DNA of 64,000 nt from Batkoa obscura (lineage: Eukaryota), in contig JASVEC010000026.1 in NCBI GenBank assembly GCA_030770535.1, positions 310,001 to 374,000 of the forward strand, in the 5' to 3' direction. A program made the position numbers and the translations under genes. The notes beneath the pieces were generated by a model. The model was given only the letters and a program-made list of their open reading frames with translations. It was not told where the DNA came from and did not search any database. Shown one piece after another: positions 14,100 to 27,890 of this stretch (position 1 is the stretch's first letter; every line of letters starts with the position of its first letter).

Positions 14100-15183
14100 A
14101 TGGGTAGTGATAGTAGTAGTAGTGAAAGTTCCAGTAATCTCAGTTTAACGGATGATGAATTAATTGAATATTCCGAATTAATCGAAAAATTGGGAAGAAA
14201 TTTAGCAGATGTTCAACTAGTGAATTATCATTCTATTGTTGAAAAGTAAATTTCATTTATTCTCCAATGTTATATATAAAACAGATAAATGAAATGTTGA
14301 TTTATTTTATTTTTTTAGTGTTGAAAAAAATATTGATAATGAAGGTTTACTATTAGAAGAGTTATTAACAGGAGGAAAAGATAATATTAATCTTAATTTT
14401 GAAGAAGAAAAAGCAGAAGGAATTGAAGGAGAAGTAATATTACCAACTAGTGGAATAACAAAAGGAGATATTGTTATGTAAGATAAATTTATAAAAATAA
14501 AAACAAACACTTAATTTATAAACTTAAAGTAATGATGTTAACGAATTAATAATTTCAAATGAAGAAATACCAGATACCGTTAATGGATTAGTAATTTATT
14601 TTTTATTTATTGAAATCATTAATTTATCTTAACTTCTTTTATGATTATCTAGACTCATCAACTCTTTATAGAACTCTATGAAGATATTCTCGATTCGACA
14701 ATTGAATCCTATCTTAAATCCAGTTTAATAGAAGAAAGTCTGACTGCACAAGACAATTGTAAAAATTGTCTAAAATCCAGTTGTACCCTTAACTTACCCG
14801 AATATTTAAAAAAAGTGAATAAAAAAGTAATTGAAGAACAAGTTCAATGTGATGATTGTGGGCGTAAGATGGCAGTTAATCGATTCGCTTATCATTTAGA
14901 AAAATGTTTAGCTAGTTCCTCTGATTTAAGGAAAAGTGAATCGATAACAGAAAGTGTTAGAAGTAGAGAAGTGGAAGAAGAAAGTGAAGAGTATTTTGAA
15001 AGTAATAATAAAGTAAGTGGTCTTAAGAGGAGTCATAGTAATACAGGCTATCTAAATGAAGGGAGTAAAAAAAGTAAAGGTAGAACTTTAGATACTTCTT
15101 ATTCATCCGAGAATTCCAACAAATCTCAACAAAATTTACAGAATTTATTCTCCTCCCCAATTCATAAAAATAGTTATGATTAA
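14100..15183 (+). CDS. Sgf11/ATXN7L3-like zinc-finger protein (multi-exon; 5' exons approximate)
   Basis: CDDCGRKMAVNRFAYHLEKCL matches the Sgf11 C-x2-C...RFAxHLEKC finger. Acidic upstream exons with GT-AG introns run from ATG 14100. Confidence 0.65.
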
Positions 15184-15217
15184 TCATTTATTATAGATGT
15201 ATATGAAAATAGCATAT

Positions 15218-15315
15218 GGGGATGTTTTTTTTAGTTTCATCACTTTTTCCATTTTTAAGCACTATTTGAGCGGAAAGATTGTTAATAAAATTCTTAAACA
15301 AAAAAATACATCCCC
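15218..15315 (+). mobile_element. MITE copy 3
   Basis: Consensus match flanked by atat/atat. Confidence 0.9.
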
Positions 15316-15704
15316 ATATTAAGTTTAATATCAAGTATTTTTCACTTTTGATTTTTTAAAGTACAAGATAACTTGTATTGGACATTCTTTCACTATATTA
15401 TCTATCCCTTTACAAACAAAAGGTACAGGGTTTAGTCAAATAACCTATTTTATCTTTCTTGTTTTTTCTTTAGCTTCTAATATTTAACTAATAAATCATT
15501 TGGGTGTTTTTATTCCTTTTAAAAACTTTAAAATAGTAATAATAACTAATCATTAGGAGGATTTTGTTTCCTATACATAAATCTTATAATTTATTTAGCT
15601 TTATTTATAATAAAAAATAAAATAATAATACTATATTTAGTAACAATTCAATATACTATAATTTTAATATGATAACTTTAAGATAATAAATTCTCTTCCA
15701 TTTT

Positions 15705-18073
15705 CTAATCAAATTTTCCTTTAATAAGAACTGGCTCAGCCAATCCTTTCTCAACCGTAATACTAACTTGATTCTTTTGTAATTTATGATCATATTCATA
15801 TTGAACTAAATTAGGTCTATCAACAAAGGATTGAGGATATTTAACGAAAGCAAATACAGTTGAAACTAATAAAGCTATTGAACCAAAACTAAATAAAGAA
15901 GACCAAGGAGAAGAGATTGTTGTAAACCAAGGTAATGTAAATGAAGAAATGGAAGTAAAGAAACAAGCTATTGCAAGATAATAAATGAAATTAAATGAGT
16001 TCTCAAAGGGAGATGGTAGATTTTGTGATGGTATATATTTATGTAAAAATAAATCTAAACCGTCTTGACGTTGACCATCTAAATAATTATTTTTTATATA
16101 TCTTACAATCGAATTCTTTAAATCTTGTAAAGCTCCCACTTTAGTTCGATTTCCTGTACGAGTAAAATCGGTTTTTAATGCTCCAGTACCAGAATAAACA
16201 ATGGAAATGGCATTGGCATGATCTGCCCATAAATTACGATAAATATAATCAAATTGTTCATTATAGTTTTCAATTTGTTGAAAGATTCCTAAGGTTTGTA
16301 ATTGTTGAGTTAATATAGTTTTAGCTAAAATAGATTGAACCACATTAGTTCGATCTAAACAATCCATACAGTTGGTACGCATAATACCAATTTGTTGTTT
16401 TATTACATTTTTATCAGTAAAATCATATTGAAAGAAACTAATGAAAAATTATTATTATTATTATTATTATTACTTAAAATTCAATTTTACCCTTGTTTTT
16501 CTAAATTAGGTAGTAATTGTTCAATTAATAAACTAATACGATCCCAACGCATTTTAGCACATTCTTTATGAAAATCAAATGGCACATGAATTACTTTTGG
16601 ATGATTTAAATTTTTTAATTGTAAACTTAATTCTTCAAATATAGGTAATTCATATCCTTTTTGATTAATTAAATTAACTACTACTACTTCTCCATTATTA
16701 TAATCTGAAATCATTTTATTAAAATGTTGTTTCATTACTTGAGACTAAAAATATTAAATATGTTATTAAATATATTACTATTATTATACTATAATATGTA
16801 AATTTGAACTTACAGTTTCACTTTTTTTATCAATAACTAATTTGGGTGTATATTTAGTATTAGTAACTTGTGCCCAAAATAATGGAATAGAACCACGTGT
16901 TTGTAAATAAGTTAAGACTTGTAAATGATTATTAGAGTCTTTAACTTCAATAATTTGTTCACTTTCAACAAAATTAGATACATTGCCTTCATTATCTATA
17001 CCGCGTGAAAAATAACGAGTACCTTTAAGAAATTGTTACTAATTTATCTTGATTAAGGAGAAGGGATAGATTGACTTACCTACACGTTGCCATGAACGTC
17101 GAGATATTAAATTATAACTTAAATTTTGATTTTCTATTGAGACTTGGTTTAATGATACAACTAAATGATTTATTAGTATATTTAATAGTAATTATAAAAT
17201 AGTATATATTACATCCTGATACCACTGGAATTAAAAAGGGAGTAAACTAAATGAATATTAGGTATTTATATTAATTAATGTAATTAAATCTTAACACTTA
17301 CATCTTGTAAAGGATCCTCTTTAGTAACTTCCATAAAAGGAGCTAAATGTAAATAATTCCAACAAAACATGGGATTAAACTGAAAAAAATCAAGAGTCAT
17401 TATTAATCATTTTATCATTCAAATAACAACTAATAAAGCTTACATTTTTAAATTGAATCCCTTGAACATTTTCCTTTAACAATGTTTGAAAATTATTACT
17501 TAAATCTAATTTTTTGGAAAAATAAAAATTTTCTCTTCTAATTGTTTGTTTTAACAATTTGAAATATTTCTCTTCATCAGTCGCTTGTTCTAAGGTTAAA
17601 TAACAATGATTTCTAGCCATTGGGAATAATTCACTCTCAGTGATTTGATAGATACTTTCTCCTAATATAGTGCCTTTTTCTTCTACTGAGGTAATGAGCA
17701 TTATGACGTCACCTAGAAGAGTAGAGTTAGTATAAGGGTCAAAGGAAGTTGAAGAATTATTGAGTTACCTGATAATAAACGTTGTATACCTAACAATCCA
17801 TGTACAGGTATCTCTTCAGGTGCGGTATTGAAGTGAGGTAACTTATCTATAGTTGTTGTTGTCTTTATTTTTTTTTTTGCTTAAATTAATAATGTAACTT
17901 ACCACTTAATTCAATAGAACCAGCATCACGATAAAAGATGATGACTAAGTCTTCATTAACTTTTTTTAAAGCATATGTATCAGTTTGTTTATAACTAAAG
18001 TAAAAATAAAGTTGGTTTAATATATGTAATAAATATTTTATATAACTTACAAAATATATTCTGGTTGAGTCAT
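15705..18073 (-). CDS. SAC1: Phosphoinositide phosphatase Sac1 (about 10 exons)
   Basis: Catalytic [50 protein letters not shown] and two C-terminal TM segments. Confidence 0.93.
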
Positions 18074-18615
18074 TGTTTTTAAAATTAAACTTTTTTTAAT
18101 AATGATAATTGTAAACTAAATTTTATATGAAATTTGTAATAAAAATGAACTTTTATATTTTCAAATGTTCTAGTTCTAATTAAATTGAAATTTATTAAAC
18201 CTTTATTTTTAGGTTCAAGATTTCATTGGTGAATAATTTCAATTTCAGTTCATCGTGCGTTTTCCTGTTTCTTTCTTTTTATTGGATTTAATTATTCATT
18301 AGAAAAGAGTTTAGTTAGAAACTATTAACATTCTATAAAAATCAGATTATTATGTTTTTATAAGAGGGTAATATATGAACTAAAAGCATTAGCTACAAAA
18401 GACAAATTGATTACACTAAATTCTATTGCTTATGGAGTTTAATGATTATCCAAGCTTTTGAAGTTAATTGAAATTTTTTGTTAATGCAATGCCTTTATTT
18501 TTAATAAAACTCTCTTGGATAAATCATAGCTTGCCCCAAGCTAAAGTTACAGTCTAAAAATTCAATATCTTTATCCAAAAATCATTTTATTTTATTTTAT
18601 TTTATTTTATTTTAC

Positions 18616-18711
18616 GGGGATGTGTTTTTGTGTTTAATAATTTTACTAATTTTTCCGCTCAAATAGCGCTTAAAAGACGAAAAAAGTGATAAAGCTAAAA
18701 AAGACACCCCC
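18616..18711 (-). mobile_element. MITE copy 4
   Basis: ggggatgtg...ccgctcaaatagcgcttaaaa...caccccc. Confidence 0.88.
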
Positions 18712-20569
18712 ATATAGTAAATTTAATTCTTTGGGTGATTTTGCTACTAAAAGTCATTATGTTTTCAAATTCAGGTATAATCAATTCAAAGTTTTTTTTA
18801 TTTAAATTTACTATAAAAATTTTTACCTTTTAATTATAAAAAATATTAATTTTATATTTTAATCAAGTAACTATATATAAAAAACATAATAATAGTTATT
18901 TTTTATTACAATTGCTAAATATAGACATCAAAATAAAAAACTCTGAACTAATTGTATTATATAAATTATAAAGCTGACAAAGTAATATTTTGTATAAAGT
19001 ATATTAAAAATAAAATACTCAGTAATTTTAATTTATTAAAATAAAACTCATAAAAATTAATTTATAATAAATTAATTGTTTTGTTTTATAAAAATTTAAT
19101 ATTTAATAAAAAATTTTTACTTTTTTTGATTTTAAGAATTTTAGTAACTATTTTATAAATAACATCCATTTAGTCTTTGATTTAATTTATTATTAATGTT
19201 AATCATTTTTTCCTATATTTACTTAATTTATTGTTAATTTTTTTTAACCTAGTGTTATTTTTATTAATAATACACTTACAAATATAGTTTTACAGTTTAT
19301 TATTTTATTTATTATTATGTTTTAAATCTTTATAATTTTGATTTTCACTTGATTTATACTTTTTATAAAAAACTTTTGAAACTGTTATACTATATTTGAT
19401 ATTTAATTACTCAGTTTCTTTTTCAATAATTATTACGCTATTTATAAATATATACATAATAGCTTTGCTTCTAATTTTTTTAATGATTTTTTATTAGGTT
19501 TTAGTTAGATTTTATTATATATTAATTTTGTTTTTCAATATTAAACATTTTTAAAACTTATTAAATAACTTGTTATGTTTTTTTGTATTTTTTTTTAATT
19601 TAATAAACTTTTTTTAAAAGCTCAAATTAAATTAATAAAAGTTTTATTTATTGATTTATTAACTGTACCAGGTTTAATAATAAAATAAATATTTAAATTA
19701 TTAACTTCATCTTTGGTTAATTCATTTTTGGTTAATTCATTTAAAAATATATTAAGAGTTAACTTATATAAATATAATCTAATTCCTTATTTTATTATTT
19801 TAAGTTAGTTTTTTTATCAGGTCGGTTTATTACATTGACTTTTTTTTATTTATATAATGATTTTCTTTTTTTCTTTTCTTTTTATAATAAAATAATTGTA
19901 TTAATAAATTTTGGTTCATTAATTTTAAAAACTAGTTTTTTAATAGTTTTAAATGTATTATTAATCAAATTTAATAATAGTGTAATTATTTAATGATTTA
20001 TTTTTATTAAAACATTTGAATAATTCAAATCTTAGTTGAGTAAGTTTTGAAAATTCTACTCAATTTAAACCACAGTTACGCATTTAAAAAAATGCCTTTG
20101 AATCTAAATGGAATTTGTAATATTAAAGGGAAAAAGTGAAAAATCAAACAAACAAAGACACTCTCTTACAAAATTTGCAATTTTATATTAGGTTGTATCA
20201 TTCATACTGGGAACCGTTTATATAATTTGGTAACTCATAGACTAAATAATACTATATAATTACAGATTTATTAAATACATAATAATAGTCAATTTAGAAA
20301 ACTATAGAATTATATAAACAATTACCAGCGTCAATATTACAATCTAACAATCAAAACAAAGTGGGAGGAATTGTACAAAACTTACCTAAATTTTGAAATT
20401 TACCAAAATAGGCGACGACACTTCCTTAAATTTTTGCATGGGCATAATTTTTTGAAAAATTTAAAAACTCAATTGCGCAGACAAACTTGTCTTTTAATCA
20501 AATTAGTTTTCCTTAAACTATCTGGTTAATAAGTAACCTATAAAAGGGCGTTTGGAGTACAAGATAAAG

Positions 20570-21971
20570 CTATGATTAAAGTTAAAGTTGAAGATGCGAA
20601 CGAACAATAAAAGACTAAGGTTGAAACCGAGGTTAAAGGAGTGAGTAAGCAAGGGCTGGTTAAGGTTTAAACTAAACTTGAATTGAGTTTGCAGATAAAC
20701 CTACCGTTGAAATTAAAATTGAAGATGCGAGTGATCAAGAAAAGCTTAATATTGAAGCCAAAATTCAAGAATTGAGCGAACAGGAGTTAACTAACTTAGG
20801 AAGTACTGTTGTTGAACAATTTGAATTTTATTTTTCAAAGTATAATCTACCTAGAGACAAATATTTAAAAAGACTATTAACAAAGGATCAAAACTATAAA
20901 GTGGAGGTTGATAAAATCTTAATCTTTGTAAAGGTAGAGAAACATCAACCATATTAGTATTTAGTATTGGAGGCATTAAAAGAATCTAAGACATTAGAAG
21001 TAAAAGATGATAAGGTTGGCCCAGCAACCAAGATTGATTTAAAGATTGACCGAAAAGAGATCATTGACCGTAGTATTTATATTAAGAGTTTCAATGAGGA
21101 AGGTTATTCCAATTTGAGAAAAGAGTTATACGATTTTACTGAAGAAAAGATTAAAGGATCTAAATTAGGTAATGAAGATGCTCCTCCAGAAGGGTAAGTT
21201 ACAATAATTGATTTGTATATATATTATGACAAAAAAGCTAACACAAGAGGGTTTGAAGTAGCTTCTTATTTATTTCCTCGACTCATTAATATTGGCTTTA
21301 GGGCTCTCTTTTCGTTGAATTTACCGAATGCAAATATGCTGATAAGTTCTTTGAGCATTATAAACAAAAAAACCTTAAATTCAAAGGTAAAAAGCTACAT
21401 TTACTAACTCGGTAAGGATTTTTTAAATTTCATATAATAATAAACCAACAAAAGTATAGTAAGCAGTATGAATTAAAAAATAAGAAGTTTAGGAGCCATG
21501 AAAATTTTGAAGCATGGCCAAAAGATGCTTTGGAAAGAAAAAGTATATTTAAAATTACCGGAGTCACCGGTACTGTTGATATCATACCATTTATTACACT
21601 TTTTAATGAGCCTATATCTGTAATCAACTATATTACCGTTTGAGAAAAACGAACCCAATTATAATAATCCAAAAAATATTTATACCACTTTATATGACGG
21701 CTTAGGCACTGAATTAGCTATTCAGAATTTCAATTCTGTAGATAGAAAAGTGGATTACAAAAGAAAGCCCAAAGGCGAAGAAACTATTGAAGTAAACCCT
21801 AAAGCAGATCAATTAAGTCAGGAGGAGCTAGATTCTATTTATTCTTTCCGAGATGGATTATTAAAGTTGAAAATAGTATGCGAAGCTAAAGAAGTATACT
21901 TTAACAATAAGAAACGTGGCATAGAATCTGAAGATTTAAAGCGCGGAAAGCAGAAAAATCCTAAAGCTTAA
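20570..21971 (+). pseudogene. La protein (Lhp1/SSB)-like pseudogene
   Basis: La motif QFEFYFSKYNLPRDKYL and RRM start RSIYIKSF, broken into short ORFs by stops and frameshifts. One intron-like segment, gtaagt...gctaac..ag, at ~21195-21249. Confidence 0.7.
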
Positions 21972-22339
21972 AGTTTTTAAGGAAGCTAAGGCTGAATTAT
22001 TGTCTATAAATTTTAAGTATCCTTGGTACTTATTGATTGCTGCGGTATTGCTTATTTATACACTATTAAGATAATATGATATTTATTTAAGATATGGTTT
22101 CTTTTGTCTTTTTGAGTTTTTAAGCTCAAAATTAGAACAAATTGCTAATTAAGCAATCAAAAAAACAGATTAGACATTAGTTATTTAGGTATAAAATTGT
22201 TTACAATTTTGTGCTAAAGAGAGTTTTTGAAAAAGATAAACTAGATCAATTTTTTTGCTTAATTGGGCTAAGTTTGACGACTTAACTCGTCAAAATTAGA
22301 ATTTTACAAATAAAAATTGTGATAAATTAAGCATCATTT

Positions 22340-22960
22340 ATGCTCAAGTGCTTAAACCATATTTCTTTGAATATCAGTGTTGAACATACCACGACTGAAC
22401 CATGCTATTTAATAAAGATAAAAACGAATTATACTATCATTTATTATAAAAAGGGCTTATACTACCAATTTTTACTTATCGTCTTGTTGATCGTCGTATC
22501 CATAGTCATACAAACCATCCTATACTTCTTTGTCAAGTCATTGGTATTGCTATACATTGTTATAGTCTTTATCATTGCCCTTGCATTTTTGGGACATAAG
22601 GATTGGAAGATTTGAGATTTAATTATATTGTTAAAAATGGAACTAATATTTATATATGGAGGTGTTTTTTTTTAATTTCATTACTTTTTCCTTTTTTTAA
22701 GCACTATTTGAGTAGAAAGATTGTTAGTAAAATCCTTAAACACAAAAATACATCCCCATATCTCTACTAATCCCATCAAAATTTTGTAAAAAAATCCGAA
22801 ATACAGAGATTTTTATCAAAAAAACAAAAATGTGATTGTCAAATTCCTTGTAATTGAACAAAAAATAGAATCTTTACTAGTTTAAATATATGCTCTATAG
22901 AATACATAGTATTTTAATTTAAGAGCGTTGTCCTAACCTGGTACTTACACAGTTAATTAG
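22340..22960 (+). pseudogene. Decayed tandem paralog of the 23.7-kb membrane-protein gene, interrupted by a MITE
   Basis: Same hydrophobic hairpin (ILYFFVKSLVLLY vs ILYFFAKSSLLVY). The downstream exon ttatcaaaaaaacaaaaatg..aattgaacaaa resembles 24130-24190. Confidence 0.6.
22658..22757 (+). mobile_element. MITE copy 5
   Basis: Consensus match flanked by atat/atat. Confidence 0.88.
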
Positions 22961-23728
22961 TAGAGGAATATGCGTTTTCATTAGCTTGGATAAAATAATT
23001 CTTTATCAAAGAGAATTTTATATGAGTGCTGTAGTACTCTAACCTAATATTAATTTTTTTTTACTACCAAATGTGGTACTTTAGAAAGACTTTTAATTAA
23101 TTTAGAATACTGCTATTTTATTTTAAATTACAAACGTATTATAGAAACTAATGGATTAAGTACTTTTCTAAATAAGGTGACCAAACATAATATCCAAATA
23201 CATAGCCAAACATTAAGTCAAACATCAAGTCAAACATTGTTCATTTAATATTTTTTAATTTATTTTTATTCGAATAATGAATATTTATGCTTAAATTCTC
23301 CGAATCCTGAATTCTAAAAAAGTTATTGTGCATACATAATTATCTTTGGAATTCTATTTAACTTATACTAACTCCTTTTTTACAACGTAGTTTAGATTTT
23401 TATTAAACTAGTTTAATTTATATTTTTCAACCTATGTTTTATAAATGTACTTTAAATTTTCAAAGTTGTGGTAAACAATATTAAAACAACATTTACAAGT
23501 TCTATAATCTTTAATTAAAATAAATCAAGTGAACCATATATCAAAAGTAAACTAACTTAATTTAAACTATACAATTGTAATAAGCTAAATTTAGTTATAA
23601 TAAAATAAATGTAATTATCTGTATTGTTTCTTTAAAACTAAATAGATTTTAAGGAACAAAAGGTATATATTGAAAAAAATTCAAAATAAATTCAAAATAA
23701 AAGTTTAGCTCTATTGACAACTATTGTA

Positions 23729-24310
23729 ATGCGTCTCAATCAACCAACATTGACAGAAAGTTCTTATGTTAAAGATATCCAGCTTAAATCGCACTATTTA
23801 TTTGATCTAAATATACAACACAGTATCACCGAAATAATGTTGTTTGGAACAGATAAAAATAAATCACAGTTACCTTTAATCGTGAAAAAAACCTATAATT
23901 ATCGGATTGCATTCATAGCCTTATTAGGTATGTTATTCATAGCTATAGGAGTTATCCTCTATTTTTTTGCAAAATCTTCTCTGTTAGTATATGCTGTTTT
24001 AACTTCTCTTGTTATCTTTTTACTTTTAGCCCATGAGATATATGTAACTTATAATCTATTTTGTAATTAATACCTAATTAAATTTATTTTAGGGTTACAT
24101 TCACTTTATAAAAAGCATCAAAGATACAAATACTTATATCAAAAGAAACAAAAATGCAGTAGCTAGATTTCGTATAATTGAACAAAGGGATAGAGTTATC
24201 ATCCCCTTAAATCCAAATGCCCCTCAAGGCTTACATGAAGATCATAATGTTTATACTAACCCAAAGTGGTACCATCTTCCTCAAATGATTGACCCTGGGC
24301 ATTTGAATTA
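23729..24310 (+). CDS. Small two-TM hypothetical protein (2 exons, intron ~24043-24092)
   Basis: ORF MRLNQPTL... with a hydrophobic hairpin and a gtaact...ttag intron. The second exon is open to ...MIDPGHLN*. Confidence 0.5.
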
Positions 24311-24761
24311 AATTTTTATTGTTTTTAATTATTTATAAGTTGAAAGTCGGAGATTTTGTTCAATATACCTTGAATAATATTTGACTGACTTTTTGATTTT
24401 ATAAGAGTTTAAAACATAATCAACCGCTTTTTTATCATTAAATTCTAAGTTTATATCACAGCACAGTTAATTTGGTTCATATTTGTTAGGACTTTAGTTC
24501 AATTGTAGTAGTTTTTTAAAAGTTGAAACAACTAATTTATAACGCGCAAAATATAAAATAACTGTAGAATTGTATAATATAGTTATCCCAGAATTTTTAC
24601 CTATGAGCCAAAAATATACTTATAAATGAAGTATTTATAAGGTTCTTTATAATAATGCTTATATTGTTATTAATTGTCAAATTTTTAAATGAACATTTTC
24701 TTAACAGTTTATGGTATATTTATAGATATCTACTTACTTTGATAACCACATGGTTGTACTT

Positions 24762-24852
24762 TTATTATTTTGTTATGTTTATTATTTTGTTATGTTTATT
24801 ATTTTGTTATATTTATTATTTTGTTATGTTTAGTATTTTGTTATGTTTAGTT
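24762..24852. repeat. AT-rich minisatellite (ttattattttgttatgt)n
   Basis: About 5 imperfect 17-bp units. Confidence 0.75.
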
Positions 24853-25018
24853 TAACACCACATGAATCACATAAAATAGCTTAATAAAATCTATTAAAAA
24901 CATACTTTACTTCAAGTTGATATATTTCAAAATAAGCAGCAATCATTATAAAGTTTTGATAAATTTATGATATTGGATAACTTTTTGGTCTACTATTTCA
25001 CTATCGAGATTATTTCCC

Positions 25019-26179
25019 TTATCGCCATTTATTTCTGTATTCAGTTCAAACGCATCGTTATGACCTAATAGAAAACTTAATTACTCAATTTAAAAGAAAA
25101 CAATTCCTTACTTAGCTTATCAGATCGAAACACTTCAACTTCCTGTTTCTTCACTACTCTATAATAAATAGTCTTAAATGCAAATTGAATAGTAGGATCA
25201 CAGCAAAAAGCAATAAAATTGAGGGTCCCTAACAAACCACCTGTTATATAAGAATATATACGTATTTCTGGAGAGTCAAGGTCAGCAAGGTCAAAAGCTG
25301 ATTGATTAAATATCAATCCAGAATGTGAGATGAGCATAAGTATTGGATAAAGTAAGCTATAACAATTAATATAATATAGATTGATTAAACTAAATATTTA
25401 CATCCTTGAAGTCAGTAATCTAATATACTTAATAGCTTCATTTGATTCACTAGCATCTAATACCAATTGTCTGTTTTTTAGTACATTTAAACCACGGTAT
25501 AGCTTCACTATCACTGCAATAGAAACACCTAATAAGTAAACCATACAGATTATCATTATTAAGATGTTAGCGTAAAAGTCAATCATTTTAATATAATCTT
25601 CATCGTTGCTTGCAAGATAACATTTCATAAAATCACTATACCCAAGTAATCCAGTTGCTAAAAGAAACCATTTATTAGTCGATTATTATATAAAACTAAT
25701 AGCATACCAAGGAATGGGATTGTGATTACTAATGTGAGTAAAATTGATCCAATCCAATATGCTGCTTCAATCTTCCTAGTTATATAAATGCCATGGATAA
25801 AAACCAATTGTAAATTGATTCCAATAGCAACGTTGAGGAAGCAATAAAGTAAAGGGAATGCTAATCCTTGGAAAGCAATGAATGTACATAGTGGTGATCC
25901 TCTATAATCAAACAGACGAATCCATAATGGAGCAGCATGTGACCAGATATCATAACATGAGATTGCGGTTTGTAGCCTAAGGGTTACTCTATCAACCAAC
26001 CGTTTATCATATATTGCTATCATTAATAGTTAACCAATATGCTATTATGCCAATGTATTATATTTTTTACTTAATATAATCATCATCAATACAACCACAC
26101 TAGCCAAGGCTAATGAAACCTTGGACATTTCCGGGTATACATCTTTAACAATATAATCTGCAAAAGCTTCTGTGTTCAT
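25019..26179 (-). CDS. 7TM GPCR-like protein (cAMP-receptor/Git3-like class), copy A
   Basis: MNTEAF start; seven hydrophobic segments over about 5 exons; DRVTLRLQ after TM1, Cys in TM3 and ECL2, GTLNFIAFCCDP in TM7. 3' end depends on the last intron. Confidence 0.72.
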
Positions 26180-27890
26180 TTTTATTTTTAATAAGCAAGT
26201 ATTAATTAGATTGTAAATTTTCTTTTATATATTTGATATTATAAATCCCTTATCCTTCACAAAATAACGGAGAGTTTATTGAATTATATCATACTTAATG
26301 TTCTATATACATTATTCTATTAAATCCCATTTTTACTATCATGTTTTTGATGTTAATTGGCATAAACTGGAAAGTTTAGAATTGTCGCGAAGAGTTGTTG
26401 CCAAATACCTACTAATTATAGTAAATCAGAATTTTCGAAAATAGCCTAGCAACATGAGAAAATATGGTACAAAACAATGTAAAAATTGTAAAAATGAAAT
26501 ACAAGCACATTGAAGACGAAAGTCAATATATCTATATCATATAAAACAAAAACATGGGACATCGGCTATTATGCTGAAACATTTGCTTATCTTCTAACTG
26601 ACCACAAGATAAACTTTTATCTTTGAATTGATGTGAAGAAAGTCAACAGTAATTAAGTTTTTATTTTAAATGTTTTGAAAGCTGCAAAAAAAGTTGTGCT
26701 TGTAACATTTCTTAGCCAAGCCTTTTTAAGTCAACTGAGTGTTTTATTCGTAGGATTTTTATTAAATATGAACAATTCAGGATTTGAATGCAGTATTTTT
26801 ATTAATAGTATGCGTGGCATATTTAATAAATCTATAAGATTTTTATAAAGTTATAACTGTATACATTTGTGTTTTCTGTAAAAAAAATTGTCAGTTTCCT
26901 ATTCAGTTGAAAAAAATCTTTCTCTCAAAAGAAATTATAAATTTTCTATTATTTTAATTGCATTGAAGTCCCTTTTTTCGAGTTAAATTGGAAACTAGCG
27001 AATAAACATTAGCAAAAACCGCAAGAATACAATCACGACTGTACTTGTATTTTCATATTTTTATTTTTTGTATTAAAAGCTTTTTATACAGTCACTACTG
27101 AATCGTAAATATTTTTTACATTAAGGGTAGGCCACATTTTCATCAAATCATATACATGTAAACTTACTTATATTCAATCAGATTGGTGTTCTATAATAAA
27201 AATTATGGAAAAATATTCTAACTAGCTTAAGTAATTTTTCCGCAATAATAGCATTTATACTTCACTTATAGCATTAAACATTTGAAGTATTTCTCTATGT
27301 AGTTTAGTTTTTACCCTGGTTTAGTATATTTAAATAAAAATTTTGCAGAGCTTTTGTATAAAGTAAAATTGCTTAAACTTAGCCTTCACATAAACATGAT
27401 TTCTAAAGGTTCCTTTAGTCTGACCACTCCCATCGTTATTAATAATTTGACCTTCTAATATTTGTTATTTGAATATTTACAATAATGAATACTACCTTAA
27501 TTGCACACGTGTTAACAAATAATTACTTATAATTTTATAACATATAAAGTTATTGTTTTAATTTTTTAGAATAAAACACTTGGGGTTTTGTAAATTTTTA
27601 AGATGTAAAAAAAAAATTATCATTACATTATCAAGTTCTTAAATCTCAATTCCCGAATTCAAAGCATATTAAGGAATAATTATTCTAAATTAAATCGTCA
27701 AAATGTGGCGATCTGGCTACATTAAAATTCGAGGAAAAACTCTAATTTTTAGATATAGAATAAATGTAAATTATCAAATAGGTTTGTTAAACAACATTTC
27801 ATTATAATTAAACAAAATTGACATATAAAGTTAAGACAAGTTGATTTATAGAGTAAAAAATTAATTACAGCAGCAAATTAACTAAGCATC

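Noticed and set aside
20207..20328. Small imperfect inverted repeat (about 17/21 match)
   Set aside because: Single copy with no TSD; too weak to call an element.
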